Of a stretch of 64,000 nucleotides of DNA, positions 24,309 to 37,480 are shown in pieces. Each line of letters opens with the position of its first letter. Position 1 is the first letter of the stretch. The notes beneath the pieces were generated by a model. That model was not told where the DNA came from, searched no databases, and worked only from the letters and a program-made list of their open reading frames with translations. The stretch lies in the NCBI GenBank assembly GCA_010909165.1, contig VJWM01000203.1:186001-250000 (forward strand), written 5' to 3'. The position numbers and the translations under genes were made by a program. The DNA comes from Anthoceros angustus. Its lineage: Eukaryota > Plantae > Anthocerotophyta.

Positions 24309-26754
24309 ATGGATCCAAGTGCTCCCATGGACGAGAGAAGAGCGGGGTCAGCTCGCTCTCCGGCACTGAATCTGCCTTCGCAGACGTTCCGAGACTCCCT
24401 TCGGCGGCTGGACACGGAGAACCTTCACATATCGCGCCACCCAGCCGGCCCGCTTTTCTCCTCATCCTCCTCTGTCTCCGCACGGAGCTCCGCCACCTCC
24501 TACAGCGATCGATTCATCCCGAGCAGGTCGGGCTCCAACCTCACAGGCTTCGAGCTCATCGACAAGTCGCCATCGGGGCCCAATTTTGGGCACATCAACG
24601 ACAGCAGGGAGGATGGCGCTGCCGCCTACTCCATGCTGCTCAGGACGGAGCTCTTCGGGATGGATGCGGGCGCTTTGTCTCCGGCCACTCCTGAGAGGGT
24701 GACCAGCCTGACCCCGCGGGATCCCAGACCCAGCCCGCTCAGTCCAGGCAATCTCTTGAGGTTCAAAAACGATAGGCATGGCGGGACCACGCATGTAAAG
24801 CCCGAGTCGCCCTTTTCGCTCTCTCCGGTTGGGCTGGATGGGGCGCTTGCGGGATCCATCACCAGCCCTAGAAAGACGCCGCGCAAGATTGCCAGGTCTC
24901 CTTACAAGGTCAGTTCTTCTTGAGTGCAAGCAAGCATTTGTGTCTGCAAGGCAACACCACCGCTTCCTCCTCTGCCCTTGGTACCAAGCTCTGGATGCCT
25001 TCTTGAAGCAGGTTCTGGATGCTCCAGCTCTCCAAGATGACTTCTATCTCAATCTGGTTGACTGGTCTTCGCATAACGTGTTGGCAGTGGGCCTTGGGAC
25101 TTGTGTGTATCTTTGGAGTGCTTGCACCAGCCAGGTAAGGTAGTTCGTCCTCCGCTGCCATTCTTGCAACCCCTGCAGCAGTTGCGAGGAATCAAGTTAA
25201 GTTGATTGAGGGCTGCCCCTGTTAAACAATCAGGTGACCAAGCTGTGCAATTTGGGGCCAACTGATGGCGTCTGCTCGGTTGGCTGGACTCAAAGGGGAA
25301 CGTTTTTAGCTGTTGGCACCACACTGGGGGAAGTACAGGTAGGTGTAGCTAAATCACACTGGTCACCCTCTCTCATCGATGATTTCTCAAGCTGGAAATT
25401 TTAGCTGAAGTTGGAGTGTGACCTGCAGATTTGGGATGCAACTCGTTGCAGGAAAGTGAGGACTATGGCTGGGCATCGTACCAGGGTTGGGACGTTGGCA
25501 TGGAGTTCAAACATCTTGTCTTCAGGGAGTCGAGACCGGAGTATCTTCCAAAGGGATGTGCGGGTGCAAGAAGACTATGTCAGTAGGCTTGTCGGCCACA
25601 AGTCTGAGGTAGGTGCCCCTCTTTCCTTCCCGTCAGTCCATGGCTTGCATCACAAGAGTCCTGTTGTACCCTGACCCACCAGAAAGAAACGAACCAGAAT
25701 GTAAGCCAGCACTTTTGAAGCAGGTTGTCGCATTTAGACTCACAGCTGTTAGTCGATGTTATGCAGGTCTGTGGGTTGAAATGGTCTTACGATGACCGTG
25801 AACTGGCTTCTGGTGGCAATGATAATCAGTTATATGTGTGGAACATGCAATCTACACAGCCTGTGTTGAAATTCAGTGATCATACAGCAGCCGTGAAAGC
25901 AATTGCTTGGTCACCTCACCAGCATGGGGTCTTGGCATCTGGTGGTGGTACGGCAGATCGCTGCATCCGATTTTGGAATACTGCAACAAACTCTGGTGCC
26001 TTCACGTGCGTCGACACCGGCAGTCAGGTGTGTGATAGAGCCGTCAGAAGTTCAGTCTGTGGTGGTTCAGAAACAGCCAAACTACTGCCCATGTGTTGTT
26101 GGACTGATTGGCTGCAAAGATGTTGGATTTGGCAGGTTTGTAATCTAGTTTGGTCCAAGAACGTCAATGAACTTGTGAGCACTCACGGATACTCCCAAAA
26201 TCAAATAATTGTATGGAGATATCCATCGATGTCAAAAGTTGGTCCTCTTAACCCTTGGTTCTTTACCTTCGCTGCTGCTGTCCAACAGGCTATATCCCAC
26301 TGTTGAACATGGTGTGGATATGGAGAAGCATGATGAATTCCCCTATTAGCTGATCACATGCTTTGTGTACACTTGTTTCAGCTTGCAACCCTTACAGGGC
26401 ACACTTATAGAGTACTTTACTTGGCCATATCTCCAGATGGACAGGTGAATGCCTTCTCACCTGGTTTTGCTTTTTTCCTTTTGCTACTCTGGTCGGTCTG
26501 TACCTTGTACCCGTTAGATCAGTTTTCTAATACAGAAGGTGCCATGTGGCTGCCAGACAATTGTTACCGGTGCTGGAGATGAGACACTGCGCTTCTGGAA
26601 TGTGTTTCCATCCCCAAGGTCTCAGGTGAGTGAGATTTGCTTGTGTCTACCAATGGGTTTTTGTATGACACAAAAGTGTAATGCCTTGTTTGTTTATCAG
26701 AGTGCTGTCAGAGATGCCGGTGTGGGGGCGATGGGTAGAACCCACATACGATGA
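24309..26754 (+). CDS. CCS52: CCS52/FZR (Cdh1) WD40 activator of the APC/C, multi-exon
   Basis: C-box DRFIPSR, Cdh1-specific motif [34 protein letters not shown]40 repeats, [11 protein letters not shown] cyclin-binding motif, and a C-terminal IR tail (GRTHIR). Confidence 0.96.
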
Positions 26755-28014
26755 TTAGAGGGGAAGCCCTCTTGCATTCCCCGCGGTTTTCTCTATAGTA
26801 GCACGTCCTTCATATTATTCGAAAGGGGCTGCATTTGAAGAGCTCCTGTGAAGAAGACGGGCACATGCAAAGGGCTGCCTGCCATCTGAAAGGCGGATGC
26901 GGTCATGGTAAGCGCACAGCACTGGCTACATGGCATATCCTGTTTATATCCAATTGTTGCTCCTGTGTCAGCCTTGCTTCTGAGATGGTCCATCCAGACC
27001 TATTACGTGTGTCCATATTGAGAACCGCATCAAATGTCTTCTATGGTGCCTTGAGATTTTATCTGGCTGTGTATGTGGGTCAATTTCCTACTTTCTTTAT
27101 GTCAGTCGACAGCTGTTTAGTGCACAGGCTACGGCCTTTTTCTGGGAAGAGGGCATATGCAGTAGTTAACGTGAAGGTTCGCTCATTGTGGGCTTCTTCC
27201 TTGGCCACTCTCCTAAGCGTTCTTGTGAAGTCCATCCCAAGTTTCTGAGATAGGCGTCTTGGTTGTTGTCGTGCTGTATCAATCTTACGTCAGAGAAGTG
27301 CATTGGCTAGGTTCTGGATTCAGGTTTTGACTAAAATGGATCAACCATTGGACAGATCAATTTGATGATGAGCTGATCTGTTCGACTGTGAGGAAGTTTG
27401 GATGTCGCGAACATGGTTTTGCACCTGCCTGATCACGACCTTGTTTCACAGCAACCCTTAAATGAGCCGAGGACGAAGTAACGGGCAGCCATACCGTATC
27501 ATAGACTGCTAGAAACGTCTGCAAGACTTTCAATCAGATGTCGGTGGATAGGTAGGTGACGTGATAGGGAGTACAAAAGGAGACGCTACTTACTGACTCC
27601 CAAGTAGCTTCCCGAAAAATCTCGTAGTACATTTATTATTTGAGAACTGTCCGATAGACTGGTTCCGACCTGCAACCTCGGGCTCTTGACCAACGCTTCC
27701 ATCAACATACATATCCCGAAATTGATCATTTGCTTAGAGTAAACGTACTTTGCAGTTGGCGGGTGACGTCACTAAAGGTGAACCGTTCAGGTGTATCTTA
27801 CTACTTGGAATCCACCAATACTAGGTAAGAGAACATTATCGAACACGATATTGTCTAAAAGACCAAATGATAGAACCTTCCGATCAAAAGACTGCATTTC
27901 AATGACATCCACACATGAGTTCATTAGAACTCTCTAGCTAACCTCAAACGAATTAGTGTTAGGATGGGTATCATCCATCCCCCAGCTTCCTATCACCCAC
28001 TCTCGTTACTAATG

Positions 28015-28690
28015 CGCACAGTCGATGACTTGTGTGTGCAGGGAGGGTAAGAATAACCACACCCACAGCTGCAGCCATTCTTGTAGCCTCCTCATCCATA
28101 TGGACTTTGCACTGATCAATTACAAACAAATGTTTTTGACTTAGAGAACACCCACTATCCATGTTTCATGAAAAATGGCCAGCCAATCTAGCCATATGCC
28201 TTGATCCATGTAGCGATTCGCCAGGACAACAAACAAGGCTTTCTCTTCCTCGCATTGCTCAAGCAAATTAAGTCTTCGTTTGACCACCTTAAATATGTAA
28301 GTGCTTGGAAGTCTCTTGCGTCTTCGTTTGACCACCTTAAATATGTAAGTGCTTGGAAGTCTCTTGCTAGCAGCACTTGACATACGGCAAATACGTGAGA
28401 CTCTCCCCATTCTCTGACATAACAGTGTTGCACACTCGAGCTCTGATCCTCATTTTCCAATTACAGTGATGCTTCCACTTCTTCTTGCATAAAAATTGGA
28501 TTCATCTGCATTCCGTTTCCGTGATGAGGGAAAGGGCCTTCCTTCTGCATGCATACACGCTACAGTCAATCGCAATCATGTCCAGCAAATATTGCTTCAC
28601 AATAGCCTCCTCGTTTGCCGACAAAATGGTCCTACCATGCTGCTTGGTACCAAGTACAACTACAAAATCTTAGATCAGGGCACACACACC
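28015..28690 (-). mobile_element. pogo/Fot1-like (Tc1-mariner, DDE_1) transposase remnant
   Basis: Minus-strand motifs NADESNF (first D), SAASKRLPSTYIFK, YMDQGIWLDWL, FVIDQCKVH (second D) and ILTLPAHTSHRL, truncated before QPLD. Frameshifted, with a 48 bp tandem duplication at 28272-28367. Confidence 0.75.
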
Positions 28691-29486
28691 CACAAGTAAG
28701 ACATATTCTCAAGAGTGAAAATGAGCCGAACATTGGAGGTTGCCTTAAACTTTGGGGAAGAGAATCCAGCGGGAGAGCCCATAGACCATAAATTCAAGTT
28801 CAATTTTGTGATGAATGGTCACTAATGCATTGATGAGAGCCTAGCGATTGGTCGAAAAACGAGAAGAAACTGAAAATAAACACCTCGAAAAACGAGAGGA
28901 AACTGAAAAAAACGACTATGAATTGTTAAGAAACGTGGTACCAATGCCGGAACTGGAACTCGACTCATCTCGCATGCCGGTCCGGGGTAAGGTGCCGGGA
29001 TGTGGCCCGGGTACTCTATTTTCGAATAGTTCGAAAGATAATACGCGATTAAGATGGGCTTGTCGTATACATTGTGAAAGGCACTTCAGTTTCTATCATC
29101 CTACACTGTGACAGGACGGCCCATACCAGGCATGCGAACCCAGCAGGCAGAGAACCATCCACCGTCACCTATCTCCTGGGAATACATGCTCTTTGGCTTG
29201 CCTTCTTGGCACGTACAAATAGATTGCAGACCCTCAGTTTGCGTCTCAGTTGTATGCCCCGCATAAGGAAACCGTCCTGACTTCCGTGTGGCAGGAGCTC
29301 CGAAGATGGGGTTAAAGCCTGCACAGAGTTTGGGAATGATTACATAGCATCAATGTGTACCTACTATGCAATGTCCCTTATTCGCAGTGATCCAACTGCG
29401 CGGAGGTCTAGAAATCCAGACAGACTGATGCACACAAAATGACGATGATGCAATGGGATTGGGATTGGGAATGGGAATGCAGGCGG

Positions 29487-29563
29487 AGCACGGAGTACGT
29501 TGCAGCACCATCCGTTCTGCCCAGCCGCCGAAATTGGGCCCCAACGACGACTTGTCGATGAGC
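29487..29563 (-). repeat. Inverted, diverged ~80 bp copy of CCS52 exon 1 (source 24554-24637)
   Basis: The reverse complement gctcatcgacaagtcgtcgttggggcccaatttcgg...ggatggtgctgcaacgtactccgtgct aligns to CCS52 gctcatcgacaagtcgccatcggggcccaattttgg...ggatggcgctgccgcctactccatgct. Confidence 0.85.
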
Positions 29564-29608
29564 GAAAGGGGCGAAAGCAGGCTGGCTGGGTGGGATCCCC
29601 GTTCAGCA

Positions 29609-32600
29609 ATGGCAAATCGTGGGTTTTCACGGTAAGCTGTGCACCAGACGCTCGCGGTGGCTGGAATGGCTCTGCAGCCGCTTCTCGTCAGCGGAGGGAT
29701 GGCACTACAGCAAGAGGTTGCTCTGCAGAGCGGAGCGTTGTCCCGCTCTTTCCAACCACTCACACCCGGCAGTGCAGGGCAGTGTGACACACAAGCTCGT
29801 CCTTGTGCAGCCAATGGTAGTGATCGGACAACCTCACTGAAAGATAGACAGGACCAATTGTGGCAAGACTTCTTCTCACATCCGGCCCAGTGGTGGGACA
29901 ATAGGCAGGAAAAGAAGAGTCCCCGCCATCCCGACTTCAGGCACAAGGTGACCAAGGAGCCCCTATGGCTAAACAACCGTTACAATCCTGCTTGGCTGGA
30001 GATGCAGCTAGCCTCGTTTGACGCTCAACTGGGAGCTGGATCAGCTGGCTCTTCCTCAATGTCGGGTGCTGGTGCTAGCCGTTGGGGTTAGCCAGGAGGT
30101 ATGAACGAGATAAGCAGATCGAAACCTGGAGTAAACTGTGTGAGGAGGAGAGCTAAGTGAGGCTATTGGAGCTCTGGAATGCCTGGTGCAGCAAGGAACT
30201 TGTGTTGACACACGTCTTCTCTATACGGTTCTGAAGAGTGCATAGGGCACAAAAATTTGCCTCTTGGCAGGCGTGTTCACTCCCTTGCTTTGAGAAGCGG
30301 GAATGGGGCTAGCACTTTTCTGGCCAATCACATTATCCGAATGTATGCTTCTCATGCCATGTTGGAAGAAGCAACGCAAGTGCTGACCAACTTGGATTTG
30401 CCAAACTCCTTCGTGTGGGCTTCCATTATCAAGGCGCATGCTGACCATGGGCAGGCTACTGGGGCTATCAACCTTTATCGACGGATGCAAGACTGCTCCG
30501 TGAAGCCTAATAACTATATTTTGTGGCAGTTCTTAAAGCATGTGCGATTGCAGGGGATCTTGCAAGTGGAAAGCAGGTCCATGGTGATATCGTCGGTGGC
30601 GGATATGAACCAGACATATTCGTGAGCAACTCGTTGGTGGACATGTATGCAAAATGTGGTAGCCTGGAGGATGCTCGTGGAGTCTTTGACCTCATGGCCA
30701 CCAGGGACGTCGTGACTTGGAATACCATGATAGCAGCGTATGCTAAGCATGGACGTGGTCAGGAAGCTTTGAAACTTTATGCAAGTATGGAGCAGGGGCC
30801 TCACTGTTGCGAATCACTTTACATACGCTGGCCTTCTGAAAGCTTGTGGCAGCATCGGAGATTTGCAGTGTGGTAAGCATCTCCATTTGGTGATCCAGGA
30901 AAAGGGGTTGGAAGTTGATGTGGTTGTTGGCAGCTGTCTGGTGGACATGTATGCCAAATGTGGGAGCTTGGAGGACGCACGCACAGTCTTTGAAAGTTTA
31001 CCAGTACGAAACGAGGTAACCTGGACTGCTATGATTGCAGGATGTGCTCAGCGTGGGTTTGGTCAGGAAGCCCTGAACCTTTTCAGAACGATGCAGCAGA
31101 ACGGCATGACTCCAGCAGACCGAGTTACTTTCGTGTGCCTTTTAAAGGCATGTGCTAGTGTGGAGATCTGCATCAGGGAAGCACCTCCATTTGCTGGTTC
31201 AGCGAAAAGGACTGGAAGCTGAGGTTGGTGTTGGCAGCTGCCTAGTGGACATGTATGCAAAATGTGGGAGCATCGAGGATGCTCGGAGGGTGTTTGACAG
31301 ATTGCCTGCAAGAGATGTTGTGACGTGGACTGCCATGATCGCTGGATATGTGCAACATGCGCTGGGTGAAGATGCCCTTCAGCTTTATGCTTGCATGCAG
31401 GAGGAAGGGGTCACTCCAGCTAATCAAGTTACGTTTGTGTGCCTCCTGAAAGCATGTACCAGTGAGAGATCATTGCATCAGGGGAACAGCTGCACACCCT
31501 GATTGAGGAAAGAGGATTTGAACATGATCTGGTTGTGTGTAACTGCCTGGTGGAAATGTATGCAAAATGTGGTAGCTTAGAGGATGCTCGCAAAGTGTTC
31601 GACACAATGGCGATAAGGGATGTCGTAACATGGAATGCCATGATTGGAGGGTATGCTCAACACGGTTGTGGACAGGAAGTCCTGGAACTTTACAGAGGTA
31701 TGCAACAGGAGAGCATCATCCCAGCCAATCTCGTCACGTTCATGTGGCTCTTGAAAGGGTGTGCAAGTGTAGGCGCTTTGCATCAGGGAAGCTCTTGCAT
31801 TTTCTGATTCAGGAAAAGGGGACTGGAGGGTGATGTTGTTGTGGGGAACAGCCTGGTGGACATGTATGCAAAGTGCAGGAGCCTGGAGGACGCCCGCCAA
31901 GTGTTTAGTAGACTGTCTAGCAGAGATGTGGTGACTTGGAATGCCATGCTGAATGGGTATGCCGAACACAGCGACGGGCATATGGCGATAAAGTGTTTTG
32001 AAGAGATGGTAGACGAGGGGCTGAAGCCTAACGAAGCTACTTTTAGTTCTCTTTTGGTTGCATGCAGTCATGCATGGCTGGTGAACGAGGGCCGACAATA
32101 TTTTAAAACGATGGTGGAGGAGCATGGTATTGTGCCCACTGATTACCATCACAATTGCATGGTTGATCTTCTGGGCCGCTCAGGCCACCTGGAGGAAGCA
32201 GAAGGAGTGCTGCAATCTGTGGCCTTCACCAACGAGGTAGTGGGATGGACATCGTTGCTGAGTGCCTGCAAGATCCACGGTGACCTAGATCGAGCACGGA
32301 GATGTTTTGAACGCCTTGTGTCCCTGGAACCTGAAGATGCGTCAGCATATGTTCTCTTGGGGAGCATGTATGCAAATGCTGGATTGTGGACGGATGTAGA
32401 GAAAGTGGAAAGATTAAGGAAGTGTGCAGGTGCATGGAAGAAGCCTGCCAAGGCGTGCATTGAAGTGGAGAACCAGGTGCACGAGTTCACTGTGGGGGAA
32501 GACAGGGTTGGCATTGGTTCAACGTTGAGGAGCATGAATCTGAGGCTGAAGGTGGAAGGAGGCCATGTGCCACACAAGGAGCTGGTTCTCAAGACAAACA

Positions 32601-32845
32601 TGTCTGACCGCGAAAAGGAAGATGCATTGTGTGGACATGCGGAGAAACTGGCATTGGCATATGGCCTTGTAAACACTCCAGATGGCACAACTCTCGTCGT
32701 GACCAAGAACCTTCGTATGTGCAATGACTGCCATGGGAGCACCAAGATAATGTCACGCCTGGAGAAGCGAGAGATCATTGTAAGAGATGCCCACCGTGTG
32801 CACCGGTTTGCAGATGGCTCATGTTCATGTGGGGATCGGGCGTGA
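29609..32845 (+). CDS. PLS-class PPR-E1-E2-DYW:KP protein (ends DRA) with N-terminal OSB-type PDF motif; reading frame broken by ~10 small (mostly 1-nt) indels (probable sequencing errors, else pseudogene)
   Basis: LWQDFFSHPAQWWDNRQEKKSPRHPDFRHKVTKEPLWLN at ~29857-29975. Consecutive ORFs 30257, 30523, 30779, 31152, 31535 and 31841 form one collinear P-L-S array, ending KKPAKACIEV, GHAEKLALAYG, MCNDCH, CSCGDRA. The start codon is tentative. Confidence 0.85.
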
Positions 32846-33979
32846 TCAAGGCTTGGACACGTGCATGTATGCATGCACTCGGAAGAGGCCAAGGGTTGGT
32901 GAGTTGGAGTGGGTTGACGATTATGTCAACTCTGAAGTCTGAATGTGTTCACTGTATCTTGACCATGTGCATTGCCACTCGTTCACCTGGCAGGCTTGAG
33001 CATGCATGCTTATGATGCTAGATAAGGATGCTGCACTTCAGGCTATACATCCTGGGTTCCTCGAGTCCGATTTCTTCCAGGGCCAAGTTGCGGTTGCGCA
33101 ACGGATCTCCCGGAAAGGTGGCAACGATAAGCATGGCTCTGCATCCGGGCTTCACTAGCCCGGACATTGTCGGGCCTTCCGTTGCAGTGTGAAGGCTGGA
33201 GGGTATGCAAGTGCTTTGGGTAGGTGCTAAAGAGGTCAGACACCAAAATGCCGACCCTCACAGCCTCTGGGTCCAAGAGGCGAGGAGTAAGCTGCTCACA
33301 CCTTCTTGTAGCAATCTTGTTGGCGTCCTCTCAGCTCGTCCATGAGGTAAGTTTTGGATTGCGTACATGTTGCAGGCCCACAGGACATCCCAGCACACCA
33401 TGCTAGTACACCACGTCTGTGTGCACTGGAGCTTTGGTCCTGGCAGCTGCAGGCTTGAAGGGGCCAATACCCACCCACCAAACACGAGGATGGGGAGGGT
33501 CGAGTCTGCGTGCATCCAAGCGAGTCGTGTCCGTGGATGAGGTTGGTGACGTGAATTTGCCACTTCTTGAAATACTTATTGAGCAAGTTGTGGTGAACAC
33601 GTGCCGCCTGACTCACCTCACCCCCTGTGCAAGATTTTGGCGGCCAACTCCTGGCCAATGGAGTCATGTTACACTAGATTACGATCCTCAGCCCTCTTTT
33701 TGCTTCCCACATATTGCATTTGAGATTATAAAGTTGCGAACAAAATCATTATGCCACCAACCACCAAACTAAGAGTAACACTCATTAGGCATTATCAACT
33801 GCCTTCACACTTGTGGTAGTAATTGCTGCATTTGGATCTCCTTTATGGCCGTTTCCAGTACTTGAATCCCTTCCTGCCTTTCCTTTCGATATCGGACATA
33901 GGTTAAGCAAAACTGCCAAGGATCTCAATAATCTTGTTTGACATGGTGGAATGGGATAAGGATGAAGTAACATAACCAA

Positions 33980-34980
33980 GGGACAAGTTATTTTCTATTG
34001 TGAAGGGAAAATTCGGGATCTCGAATTTGATCTTCTGACAACATGAGAGAAGTTTGTGATCTCTTGAAACAAAAACTAAAAATTAATTATTGATAAGGGA
34101 AATAGACCTAATTGTTTGGGGCATTTTTTAAGACTGACGCTACGTTGATTGAATGTTTGAAGACATCGATAGATTGACAGTCCATTGACAACCGGGTTAG
34201 AGACATAGTAGAAATATATAAGATATTCTCTGCCCATGTGCGACAACAATAACCAATTTTAAGCTTTGTTACATCTTGAAAACCGGAATGGGATGAAAAT
34301 ACCCAACTTCCTTTGACTTTTGCCAAAAGCTTGGCAATGGTTTGTAGAGGTGACTTGTTAGGATATCGATTAGACATAGATTTGGATGTGAACTATTGAT
34401 TTAGCTTTGGATATAAACTATTGACATTTGGGGTATAGACTGTCGACAATTATCAAGTGGCAAACAAATACTCCACACATTCCAATCGCTAATTATTCAC
34501 ACTCCAATTGCCAATAGCTCATATCCCAACTTATATTTACAGTTTCTACTCAAATATATCTCTATCCAATATCTTAACAAATCGCCCATGCAAACTATTA
34601 CCAAGGTTATTACCAAAACTATTATCAAAGGAAACTAAGGTATTTTTTATTACCATTCTACTTTTCAAGATGTAATACAACTTGAAATTAGTCGTTGTCA
34701 TCGTGTATGTGGGCAGAGAGTATCCTACACACCTTCACTATGCCTCTAACCGCGTCGTTTATGAACTGCCAATCTCATGTCTTCAGACATTCAGCTAACT
34801 TAACATCAATGTTCAAAAAGTGCTTCCAACAATTAGGTCTACTTCTCTTAATGATAACTAACCTGCAGCTTTCGCTTGAAGAGCTCAAAACATTCTTTTA
34901 AACAGTTAGCATTTCTTATCATCAGAAGTTGAATACGAGATTACAAATTTCAGTGTCACAATAATATATAACATGATCCC
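33980..34980. mobile_element. ~1 kb AT-rich degenerate inverted repeat (foldback/MULE-MITE-like), arms ~33980-34450 and ~34490-34980
   Basis: The arms are reverse complements, e.g. tagacctaattgtt vs aacaattaggtcta, ttacatcttgaaaa vs ttttcaagatgtaa, ctctgccca vs tgggcagag. Junk ORFs 34108(-) and 34695(+) translate to similar peptides. Confidence 0.75.
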
Positions 34981-35949
34981 CTTCAGAATACGATATAACT
35001 TACTCCTATATCACTTACTCCTATATCGTGTCATTCATCATCTTACATAGCATTTCTCATTTCATATAGCAGTCCTGGTATCAACATTGTGTTAGCATTC
35101 CCAGTATCAGCAATATGTCATCTTCGAGAAATCTCTTGATTCGATCCACTTTGCCGGTCAAGACTCTTATGTTTTGTTCACAAGGCAACTGCACCTCTAT
35201 GGTATCCACAAGTAGCTGCACACCTGTATGGTATCCGCAGTCCTCTTCTAAGAATCAAAGGTGCAATTGCCTTCCTTCTTCAAGGGACCTATACATGTCC
35301 GACAATGCTATCAGAAACCTGTCCTTCACATAAAGCTTTCTTCCACATGAAGTCAGTTTGAACACACATTTATGGTCTTGTACGCCTGCCAGCCTCAGGC
35401 TTATTCAGTGAGCTCCACTTGGAAGGTCAGACACCATGACATATGCTACAAAGCCCCTTAGAAGGCAACCAACGATAACATGGTCAGCGAAATTAAGCAT
35501 GGTCAGCGAAATTAAGACCCTCCTGCTCCATTGAACCATAAACAACAAGCGACTCATGTCTGAACCCCAGCATACTGTGAAGGAAAAGAAGGATACGCAG
35601 CAAATTGATGCTGCAGCCTCTGGAACAGATCCCTATTCACAGTAGAAGGCAAAGGTCATAGCACATTTCAGTTCACAAAATCTTGCATACAAGACATCAG
35701 GGCATTCCATATACGTCTCACAGCAAGTCGCTCACATCTACGTTATCCAGCACACCTCTTTCCACAATCGGCAAATGGGGTAAAACAAGGGCAAAATTCT
35801 CACATGATCCGATCGCCTTGCTGGAGAATTTTTCTCGTCAGAAGCCCATGTGGGACAGGCAGACAGCAACACAGGCCTCTGCAAATGCTCCATCATCACT
35901 GAGAACAAAGTGCATCATTCCACGGCAAGAGGCAGATGCAAGTCCTCTA

Positions 35950-36195
35950 CACATAATACACATCTCCCAACCAAGACTCTATCGAAAGCCACAGTGCCGT
36001 TCCTTGAAACCAACTTCCTCCATATAAGGTATGACCTTGTGAGGGCCGGGGCGACCACCTCTCTGTCAAACTTGGGCAAGAGTGAAATGCATACTTGGGG
36101 ACCACCATATGTTGCGCATGTATGCATCTGGAGGTAGGCTGCACGAGGCCGTGGATGTGTTCAGCAGCGTAGGCAAACCAGATGCCTTCATGTCG
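35950..36195 (+). pseudogene. PPR N-terminal remnant
   Basis: HMLRMYASGGRLHEAVDVFSSVGKPDAFM (~36106-36192) matches the first S motif of the local PPR genes (NHFLRMYASHGTLQEALQVF...PNAF). No continuation. Confidence 0.6.
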
Positions 36196-36959
36196 GGCTG
36201 CCCAAGTTTGTACGCCGTGACAATTAGGCTGCAAATGTTGTAACCAGAATCAGGCTGTACTGACCCAGGCCAGACTCGCAGGAAACCCTGCATTGAGCTC
36301 CGTCTGTTGTTGTCCTCGGAGCTGAGCCTCGAGCTGCCGTGCTCGATCCAGCAGACCGTGGCATCTTGGCGCGACTCCTTGCGCGGGCACACTTGCTGAA
36401 CATGAGTTTGCGGTTGAGGTTCGGTGAAGCTAAGTAGTCAACCTTGCGATGGCTTGTGTGAGCACCTCTCGTTTCTTTGCAATTTGCAGACGATAGTCAA
36501 GTCAATCTCTGCGGATAATCCTGCACTTTTCGCGCTTCCAGGAGCGGTTTTTGGGACGGCTACAGAAGGCCATGGATGTGTCGACCAGGTGAGAAAATCC
36601 TTCAGCTGCACAACAGCACACATGGCTGAAGTGTCAAGGAGACGCTCTTGTCTGTGTAGCAGCCCTTCAAGCTTGACCATTTTATGCATTTGCTGCACTC
36701 GATGTAGTTCCCGTGGCCTTCATCACTGTTGAACTGGTGGTGTTTGACAAGGTTCATGGTTTCTACAGTCGGGTTCGGCAATCTGTTGAGCAAGTTGGTG
36801 CTGCTGTTACTCTCGCGGTTTTTTTTTGGCAAAAGCCACGCTTTCCGCTGACGCTCTCCACAACCAAATCACCCTGGATAGAAAGGATAGAAACACGCCT
36901 TCCCTTCCTCACCTTCCCCGTGCCTGCGACATTTTCTCCTCCAGCCCAACTTGCCCGAC

Positions 36960-37480
36960 CTCGCCATGCGCGGATCCAGGTGGTGCGGAGAGCGGTCTTC
37001 CCTGCCGAAGGAGCACCGCACAGGAAAGAGCGCCCAGCCGTGGGCATCCGAGGCTCTGGCTCGTCCGAGAGAAAAAGCCAGTAAGCCTCTTGCGTAGCAT
37101 TGGGTGCCAAGGCTCGGGAGATGGTTGCGTCATTTCCCTCTCATTCCCATGATGTCCCACGCATTCAGATGACCCGCAGTGTTTTGTTGACTGGAAGAGA
37201 ATGCATCAAGTCTGCGAACATCTCATCGTTCAGGTCATCCCAGGCCGTAATGTCGAGCTCAGTCAGAGATGCATTGTACGCAGAGGATCTCAGCACCGCT
37301 TTCTTGAAAGAGGCGTGGCCAGTGATATGCGCCAAGCTCAGCTCACCCAATGCTTTGCATTATTGAAGAGCATCTGCAACCACCTGGGCTCCCGCCACAT
37401 CCGTGCCAATATCGATACCTTTCAGCACCAGACGGCGGAGGTGGGGAGCAGTGGCCAGAATGCGGGCCAACTTTAGCTCG
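36960..37480 (-). pseudogene. TORNADO1-like fragment (last LRRs plus Roc P-loop)
   Basis: GHASFKKAVLRSSAYNASLTELDI...VNKTLRVI and GRSFLCGAPSAGKTALRTT are paralogous to 46000-46400. Truncated on both sides. Confidence 0.8.

Noticed and set aside
32900-33780. GC-balanced stretch with several short ORFs
   Set aside because: No recognisable motif in any frame; cannot assign.
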